Source of the DNA: Paraspadella gotoi
Taxonomy: Eukaryota; Animalia; Chaetognatha
Direction of reading: 5' to 3'
DNA: 5,683 nucleotides
Assembly (NCBI GenBank): GCA_051294375.1
Contig: JBJCIZ010000185.1
Span: forward strand, 1-5,683
Shown: piece by piece, positions 1 through 5,683 of the stretch
Numbering within the stretch: position 1 is the stretch's first letter
Layout of the letters: each line of letters begins with the position of its first letter
Translations under genes and position numbers: made by a program
Notes under the pieces: generated by a model
The model's database searches: none
Told to the model about the DNA's origin: nothing
What the model saw: the letters and a program-made list of their open reading frames with translations, nothing else

Positions 1-137
1 GATGCAGAGAAACAGCAAAGAAAAGTTGCCGTAAAAATCACTCGTACAGTTCTTATCCTGCTTTAAACTTTTCGTCCAAAAAAAAACTTTTGGAATTAAA
101 AAAAAAACAACAATGTTTCTTTTCGTTGCGTAAGTAG

Positions 138-264
138 CATTAAAGGAGAAAAACTTTGTTTTGTTTTCAGACAACGAATTTATTTTTAAAGAAACGAACT
201 TGTTTCGGCTATGGTGTTACTCGTCATCAGCTCAACATTTGTTTGTAAAAGTTTTAGATTTTTG
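138..264 (-). mobile_element. Hammerhead-containing repeat, copy A (probable Penelope-like element pLTR remnant)
   Basis: The reverse complement aligns with 1153-1285. Exact shared blocks are ACAAACAAATGTTGA (15), GCTGATGA (8), TAACACCATAGCC (13), ATTCGTTGTCTGAAAA (16) and TCCTTTAATG (10). It contains CTGATGA...TAGCC-GAAAC. The Penelope assignment is inferred from the ribozyme type; no RT or GIY-YIG ORF is present. Confidence 0.7.
193..233 (-). ncRNA. Degenerate minimal type-I hammerhead ribozyme (core boxes intact, stem II disrupted)
   Basis: The minus strand reads GAG-CTGATGA-C-GAGTA-ACACCA-TAGCC-GAAAC-AA-GTT-CGTT. CUGAUGA is at 230-224 and GAAAC at 206-202. The 5' arm of stem II is GAGTA rather than GGCTA, and the triplet is GUU. 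Confidence 0.65.
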
Positions 265-265
265 T

Positions 266-270
<5 letters not shown>

Positions 271-306
<36 letters not shown>
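271..306 (+). repeat. (GA)18 microsatellite
   Basis: Perfect dinucleotide run read directly. Confidence 0.98.
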
Positions 307-308
<2 letters not shown>

Positions 309-316
309 ATATAACA

Positions 317-466
317 ACAGAGAGAGATTGAGGACAGTTTCGGGTCAGCATAAGTAAACAATTTACATTAATCAAATGTATCTTACTGTAGTTATTTAGT
401 TTCATTTCTCTTTCCGTCACTCTTTCTACTTATGCTGACCTGAACCTGTCCTCAATCTCTCACTGT
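317..466. repeat. 40-bp inverted repeat with 70-bp spacer (MITE-like foldback core)
   Basis: 317-356 is ACAGAGAGAGATTGAGGACAGTTTCGGGTCAGCATAAGTA. The reverse complement of 427-466 is ACAGTGAGAGATTGAGGACAGGTTCAGGTCAGCATAAGTA. They match at 37/40 positions. Confidence 0.92.
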
Positions 467-492
467 CCTTTTCTCAATTCTTTGTTATAAAC

Positions 493-495
<3 letters not shown>

Positions 496-535
<40 letters not shown>
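496..535 (+). repeat. (TC)20 microsatellite
   Basis: Perfect dinucleotide run, complementary to the (GA)18 at 271-306. Confidence 0.98.
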
Positions 536-539
<4 letters not shown>

Positions 540-662
540 GAGCAGATCCCGACTCTATAATTCACTTTGTCGGTCCGTCGGTCCGCCCCCTCAATATTGT
601 CGGGCAGTAACTTATATCATGTCAGAACATCGAATTATGATAAATTATGCTAAAAAAATGAT

Positions 663-709
663 GTCCGTCCGTCTGTCTGTATGTCTGTCTGTATGTCCAT
701 CCGTCCGTC
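663..709 (+). repeat. (GTCY)n-type tetranucleotide microsatellite inside the HINE-like element
   Basis: GTCCGTCCGTCTGTCTGTATGTCTGTCTGTATGTCCATCCGTCCGTCC. Confidence 0.9.
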
Positions 710-725
710 CCACCTTAGCAAAAAT

Positions 726-1035
726 CACCAATTACTCGTGATTGGATTGATGGATTTGAATGAAATTTTGTGTGTGAGTAGGGAAGTGTGTGATTGAGCT
801 GGATATGAAGTTTCGATGGAATCGTCTGAGTGGAAATGAGTTTAAATGGAAAAAACAAAAAAATATATTTCACTATTTGAACACCTATTGTTCATGAGTG
901 GATGGGGCAATTGACCTGGAATTTTTTATGTGGGTACGAAAGTGTGTGTTTAAGCTGGAAATCAAGTTTCTATGGAATCGTCTGAGTGGAAATGAGTTTA
1001 AATGGAAAAAACAAAAAACCTTTTTCACTAATTGA
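726..1035 (+). repeat. Two tandem ~156-bp core repeats
   Basis: 47-bp exact match between 816-862 and 972-1018 (offset 156). CACCAATTACTCGTGATTGGAT at 726 corresponds to CACCTATTGTTCATGAGTGGAT at 882 (offset 156). Confidence 0.9.
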
Positions 1036-1152
1036 TTATGCTTCTTTTTCCTTTTATATTAAATGTAAATGCAGGATGTATTAATTAATCAAATAATTAA
1101 TCAATTAGTCAATCAATCAAGTCAATCGATATCGGCATTATTCTCATTGTTT

Positions 1153-1285
1153 CAAAAACCTGTGAGACTTTCACAAACAAATGTTGATGAAGGCTGATGA
1201 AGGCTAACACCATAGCCTAAAAATGTCCGTCTTTTATTAAAAAATAATATATTCGTTGTCTGAAAAAAAGTTATTTCCTTTAATG
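1153..1285 (+). mobile_element. Hammerhead-containing repeat, copy B (probable Penelope-like element pLTR remnant)
   Basis: Inverted homolog of 138-264, with the shared exact blocks listed there. The hammerhead-like motif is followed by an A-rich tract and TTCGTTGTCTGA. Confidence 0.7.
1186..1231 (+). ncRNA. Degenerate minimal type-I hammerhead ribozyme (stem II and GUC site intact, GAAAC mutated)
   Basis: GATG-aagg-CTGATGA(1194-1200)-A-GGCTA-ACACCA-TAGCC(1213-1217)-TAAAA-AT-GTC(1225-1227)-CGTC. Stem II is perfect, but GAAAC reads TAAAA. Confidence 0.65.
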
Positions 1286-2244
1286 TAAAGCATTAAGAAA
1301 CGCAATTGGATTAAGCGTTGGAAGAATAACAAAGAAAAAACAATTAAGGAAAGTGAATCAAGCAACAGTCAAGGTAGAAAACAAACAAGCAAACTGACAA
1401 TAAGGTTTGACGTATAAAAAAATGTTTATTACTTGCTTTTTTTATTTGTCCAGTAGGAAGATTCCGGGGTTTCACTCGTAATACTTTATTACCTACACCA
1501 ACGCCATTTAAAAACGGCTGCCATCAACAAGGACACCAAACAGATCAGATTTATTTTAATTTGAATGAAATGAATGAAGTAGAAGCGAATTTTTTAATTT
1601 TTTGTTGTTTTTTTTCAGACGAGTTTCACGTAAAAATCTCCACGTTTTAATCTATGCATGGAATCACCTACCATGGATCTATCACTGATATCACAGTAAA
1701 ATTGCAATTTGGCAAATGTGATTAAATTTTCATTTAATCTAAACTTTAAAATTTTTAGTAGAATGAAATAAAAACTTCAAAAGCTAATGAACAATTTATA
1801 ATTTTTTTTTCAGATCATTGATGTATGTGAAAAGACGAAGTGAAAATTTCAAGACAATTTTTGAGAATTAAATTTGAGCTCATCTCAGCTGACGTTTCTT
1901 CCATGCTCCCTCACATCTTTTGTTGGATTGAGATTTTATTGATGTTTTTAGTTGTGTTAAAAAAAATATTGCCTTGCGTTAATATTAATACAAAGAAAAA
2001 ACTTATTTAGTAATTGACCGATGTAATTGAACTCGTATTTGTTTATGAATAAAGATCAACCTTTATTTATTTAATGTGATACTGATAGGGGGAGTAAAAA
2101 AAACAAATTTAAAGTTTGTAATTTTTTTTTCTGTTTCTCTTTTTTTGGTTGACTTTTTAGGTCAAAGAATTGCAGCAATTTTTGTCATGAAAAATTGTGA
2201 GCCTTTATCAGCGCGAAATAAATTGTAAAAAATTTTAACTGAAA

Positions 2245-2274
2245 AGAGAGAGAGACAGAAAGAGAGAGAGAGAG
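2245..2274 (+). repeat. Imperfect (AG)n microsatellite
   Basis: AGAGAGAGAGACAGAAAGAGAGAGAGAGAG. Confidence 0.9.
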
Positions 2275-2275
2275 C

Positions 2276-2345
2276 TTATTGCAGATTCCAACTCTATAAT
2301 TCACTTTGTTGCTCCGTCGGTCAATCCGAAAATCATCTTGTCGGT
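2276..2345 (+). mobile_element. HINE-like element, copy 2 (head only, diverged)
   Basis: TTATTGCAGATTCCAACTCTATAATTCACTTTGTTGCTCCGTCGGTC...TTGTCGG aligns to 536-603. Confidence 0.72.
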
Positions 2346-2363
2346 AATATATTATTAAATAAA

Positions 2364-2634
2364 TTATCAGCAGATCCCGACTCTATAAATCCGCTTTGTC
2401 GGTCGACGGTCTGCCCCCTCAATCTCGTCGGTCATTCACTGATAAATTATGCCAAAAAATTATGTCCGTCCGTCCATCCCCCCTTAGCAAAAAGCGCCAA
2501 TTACTCGTGATTGGATGATTGGATTGGAATTTAATTTTGAGTATGGGTTGGAAAGTGTGTGATTGAGCTGGACATAAAGTTTCGATGGAATCGTGCGAGT
2601 GGAAATTAGTTTGAATGGAAAAAACAAAAGTCAC
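2364..2634 (+). mobile_element. HINE-like element, copy 3 (head, short GTCC tract, one core repeat)
   Basis: Colinear with 536-~870: AGCAGATCCCGACTCTATAA, GCCCCCTCAAT, TGATAAATTATGC, CCTTAGCAAAAA, CCAATTACTCGTGATTGGAT, AAGTGTGTGATTGAGCTGGA, AAGTTTCGATGGAATCGT, AATGGAAAAAACAAAA. Confidence 0.78.
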
Positions 2635-3055
2635 TTTTACTTTTACTTTACGCTTTAGCGATTTACTTTACCCTTGAATTTCGGTCTTTTTTTTTTTAAA
2701 TTAAATTTTTTTATATTTTAAGTTTTATTTACTAGAGGGTTCCCTAAACAAAAGAGCATTCAGTAAGTCAAGATAGCACTTTTAATTGAGTTTTTAAAAT
2801 TATTTACCAGATGTCTTATGATTTTTTTAAGAAATAAAGGAACATACATAATAAATTTGGTCTGTACCTGCCAGATTTTTTTTAGTACCTGCTTTTATAC
2901 AAAATAGCTATTTTTATTTAAATTTATATAACATTCCAAATAATTTAAAATTTTTTTAATTAATATAATTTTTTAAACAAAAAATCTATATAATTAAATA
3001 TTATATCTTATATTTTTTATCATTTTTTTATCCATATTTTTTTAAAAACTGATAT

Positions 3056-3958
3056 AAGTTAAAAAAATGATGCAAGTTAAAAAATAATGCTAATTAAAAA
3101 AATAATATAAGTTAAAAAAATAATGCAAGTTAAAAAAATTATGCAAGTTAAAAAAATTATACAAGTTAAAAAAATTATACAAGTTGAAAAAATTATGCAA
3201 ATTACAAAAATTTGGCAAATTAAAAAAAATTGGCAAATTAAAAAAATTATGTAAGTTGAAAAAATTATGCAAGTTATGAATATTATGTAAGTTGAAAAAA
3301 TTATGCAAGTTGAAAAAATTANNNNNNNNNNNNNNNNNNNNNNNNNNNNNNNNNNNNNNNNNNNNNNNNNNNNNNNNNNNNNNNNNNNNNNNNNNNNNNN
3401 NNNNNNNNNNNNNNNNNNNNNNNNNNNNNNNNNNNNNNNNNNNNNNNNNNNNNNNNNNNNNNNNNNNNNNNNNNNNNNNNNNNNNNNNNNNNNNNNNNNN
3501 NNNNNNNNNNNNNNNNNNNNNNNNNNNNNNNNNNNNNNNNNNNNNNNNNNNNNNNNTTATGCAAGTTGAAAAAATTATGCAAGTTACAAAAATTTGACAA
3601 ATTAAAAAAAATTGGCAAATTAAAAAAATTATATAAGTTAAAAAAATTATGTAAGTTATGAATATTATGCAAGTTGAAAAAATTATGCAAGTTGAAAAAA
3701 TTATACAAGTTGAAAAAATTATGCAAGTTGAAAAAATTATGCAAGTTGAAAAAATTTGGCAAATTTAAAAAAATTGGCAAATTAAAAAAATTATGTAAGT
3801 TGAAAAAATTATGCAAATTATGAATATTATGTAAGTTAAAAAAATTATACAAGTTGAAAAAATTATACAAGTTGAAAAAATTATACAAGTTGAAAAAATT
3901 ATACAAGTTGAAAAAATTATACAAGTTAGAAAAATTATACAAGATAACCAAATTATAT
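3056..3958 (+). repeat. 18-bp minisatellite, consensus AAGTTGAAAAAATTATRC, interrupted by an assembly gap
   Basis: About 15 units before the gap (3056-3321) and about 22 after it (3557-3958). Units decay at both edges. Confidence 0.97.
3322..3556. other. Assembly gap (235 N)
   Basis: Run of N inside the minisatellite. Confidence 1.
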
Positions 3959-4085
3959 AAGATAAAAAATTACTAATTAAAAAAATTATTAAAAAAAATA
4001 ATAAAAAAAATATTAAAAATATTATTTTTATTAATAAAATATTTTTTTAAATTTTAAAATATTACTTATGCCGGAATAAGTTGAA

Positions 4086-4283
4086 TTTAATCCCCCGACT
4101 TATATATATTGGCTCAGCCACTGTTTTAGTTTAATCCTTTAAAAACGATTTACATATATTGGTTCAGCCACTGGTTCAGTTTAATCCCTTGAAAGCGATT
4201 TACATGTATTGGCTCAGCCACTGGTTCAGTTTAAATTTTAATCCCTTGAAAGCGATTTACATGTATTGGCTCAGCCACTGGTT
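4086..4283 (+). repeat. 50-bp tandem repeat, nearly 4 copies
   Basis: Unit is approximately CGATTTACATRTATTGGCTCAGCCACTGGTTCAGTTTAATCCCTTGAAAG. GGYTCAGCCACTG occurs at 4111, 4161, 4211 and 4268; the last is offset 57 because of a 7-bp insertion. Confidence 0.95.
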
Positions 4284-4441
4284 GATCAATTGATTTATAG
4301 AATTTTTTCATAGTCTGTTATTATCGGTTAAGATTACTAATTGAAAGAATTAATGTAACTTATCATTTGATTAGCTGATTTCCACTAAATTATCTTAGTC
4401 AGATCCGACATTGTTTGCTCAAACTTTTTCGTTATGTAGCG

Positions 4442-4511
4442 GTAGTATTTCATACCCCGAAGTTCAAGACCTTGTGTGCAACGGACGAGTAAGCGGGGTA
4501 TGAAATACTAC
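4442..4511. repeat. Perfect 18-bp inverted repeat with 34-bp spacer
   Basis: GTAGTATTTCATACCCCG (4442-4459) and CGGGGTATGAAATACTAC (4494-4511). Confidence 0.93.
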
Positions 4512-4768
4512 AGTTAGCGAATGGGAACAATTTTTATACTTTTGATTAATTGGTTTGTAATATGTCACTGGGTAATATTCATTTATATGTTTGTTTCTTA
4601 TTTTTGTAAAAATTGACTAATAAATTTGAGTATTTAACGATGCTGCTCCGTACTGCTGCAAAAGATTAAATAAAGATAAAAATGACCAAATTCCTTGCAA
4701 AAAATAATGGAAAAGTAATTCTCATAGTATTGTTATAGTATTCTTCTACTGTTTAATCTGCTTGTTTT

Positions 4769-4863
4769 GACGCTCGTGGCGGCCGACGCGTGCGTTCCCG
4801 CGCGGAATGAAAGTTCGACGTCCGCGGAGTCACCGGCGGACGACATCGCGATCGAGACGGCCC
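4769..4863. other. Short GC/CpG-rich patch of unknown function
   Basis: Dense CG dinucleotides and high GC in an otherwise very AT-rich window, with sharp boundaries. Confidence 0.75.
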
Positions 4864-5098
4864 AAATAATAGGGAAAAGTTTTTACAACTGATTCAGTCG
4901 CGAAGAAAGGGGGAAGAAGGGGGACAATTGGTATCCGTCTTATTTTTAACTTTAGCAATGTTTTAGAGAGAGAAAGTCGTTGCCTCTAGAACGTTCAACG
5001 TTTTTAACTCGCCGTTGTGGTTTATTTTTGATTGATTTTATACTCACGTTTTTATATTTTTAACCTTGAAATTAAAGAATTAATTTTACACCTCGTTT

Positions 5099-5130
5099 TT
5101 ATGAAACAAACAACTTATGAAACAAACAAC
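5099..5130 (+). repeat. Perfect 16-bp tandem duplication
   Basis: TTATGAAACAAACAAC twice. Confidence 0.92.
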
Positions 5131-5683
5131 TACAGAGGCACAAACACTGCTTGAAAGAAAACTAGAATTATGATCTGATGAAAAAGAATATTGTTGCCAC
5201 TCCAAAAAATATTAGTTCTAGGCGACATCATAGAGCGAGGTGAGTTATCTTTCATCAAACTCCAGTGAAGGTTTGGCAAAAGGGATCTAACATATTAATC
5301 TAAAAACCATCATGGTTAAAGAGTTAGTACATTTTAATAAAATAGTATTCCAAGATATTACTTTTTGCTATCCCTACTCTTGCTCCCGCTCGCTCGTTTT
5401 TTCCCCCATTTTTTCTAAAGGAAAAAAATACGGTAAACGATATTTTTAAAGCCGAAAAGATTCGACGTTTCTGACATCATAACGTCTTCTGTTCTCTGTA
5501 TGGTTGTTAAACTATACTGTAAACTATGAAAGTACTCGTGTTTATTCTTTCCAAAATATTTTTTCAATTATCTCACCACCTGTACCACTCACGGTGCTCT
5601 AACTTTGGATATTGTTTGTTAAGGGGGCAAGGGTTTTCCATGCTAACTATCACGAATTAACAAGATTGATGCTCCTCCCCTTA

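Larger units (their letters stand above)
536..1035 (+). mobile_element. DINE-1/HINE-like non-autonomous Helentron fragment, copy 1 (5' part; 3' boundary approximate)
   Basis: The head TTATGAGCAGATCCCGACTCTATAATTCACTTTGTCGGTCCGTCGGTC recurs at 2276 and 2364. It is followed by a (GTCY)n microsatellite and then ~156-bp tandem core repeats. Head, GTCY tract and ~150-bp central repeats in that order is the established DINE-1/HINE architecture. No 3' subTIR or terminal hairpin was found. Confidence 0.7.

Noticed and set aside
3-270. Apparent 41-bp GT-AG intron (130-170, GTAAGT...TTTTCAG) joining two stop-free segments
   Set aside because: The acceptor and second 'exon' are the reverse strand of the hammerhead repeat, and the peptide resembles nothing I know. 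The nearby ATG at 113 gives only 11 aa after splicing.
232-420. 62-aa minus-strand ORF
   Set aside because: It runs through the (GA)n tract (SLSLSL) and an inverted-repeat arm, with no protein features.
538-741. 67-aa ORF
   Set aside because: It is the translation of the HINE head and GTCY microsatellite (SVRLSVCLSV), and the ATG is not conserved in copies 2 and 3.
1085-1127. AATC/AATT-rich repeats, and TTTAC repeats at 2635-2671
   Set aside because: Ordinary degenerate low-complexity sequence.
1450-1870. Candidate exons after acceptor-like T-tract-CAG sites (1618, 1813)
   Set aside because: All frames hit stops within about 10-35 codons, there are no convincing donors and no recognisable domain. 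Non-coding exons cannot be excluded.
1885-1920. Additional hammerhead-like words: minus-strand GAAACGTC here and near 5464-5471, and CTGATGA at 5176
   Set aside because: Each lacks the partner core box and a properly placed stem II.
2419-2634. 71-aa minus-strand ORF
   Set aside because: Antisense to a non-coding HINE fragment.
3090-3951. ORFs (NLHNFF)n, KLKKL and QVEKI across the minisatellite
   Set aside because: They are by-products of an 18-bp unit (a multiple of 3) and the N-run. Plus-strand frames contain stops in variant units, and there is no unique coding flank.
3056-4283. CRISPR-like appearance of the 18-bp and 50-bp arrays
   Set aside because: Units are head-to-tail without unique spacers, there are no cas genes, and the context is eukaryotic.
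4781-4862. HDV-like ribozyme (GGCCGAC start, GCG-TTCCCG-CGC P3/L3-like motif)
   Set aside because: The 3' strand of P1 does not follow P3 on the plus strand, and the minus strand lacks the pyrimidine-rich L3, so the nested double pseudoknot cannot be built.
4894-4926. Plus-strand Inr with DPE (GGACA)
   Set aside because: GGACA starts at +27, not the strict +28 spacing.

Overview
AT-rich, repeat-dense eukaryotic DNA, probably from an invertebrate (inferred from composition and repeat types), with a 235-N assembly gap at 3322-3556. I can support no protein-coding gene, tRNA, rRNA or CRISPR array, and all supplied ORFs are explained by repeats. The main observation is two diverged, inverted copies of a ~130-bp repeat (138-264 minus, 1153-1285 plus). 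Each carries a decayed minimal type-I hammerhead ribozyme of the kind known from Penelope-like elements. The two copies are broken at different positions, so a composite restores a full core: GATG-CTGATGA-A-GGCTA-acacca-TAGCC-GAAAC-at-GTC/CGTC. They bracket a (GA)n...(TC)n foldback with 40-bp inverted arms and a DINE-1/HINE-like non-autonomous Helentron fragment with 156-bp internal repeats; two more fragments of that family lie at 2276-2634. The rest of the window holds an 18-bp minisatellite with a recurring variant cassette (162-bp spacing), a 50-bp tandem array, a perfect 18-bp inverted repeat and a small CpG-rich patch.
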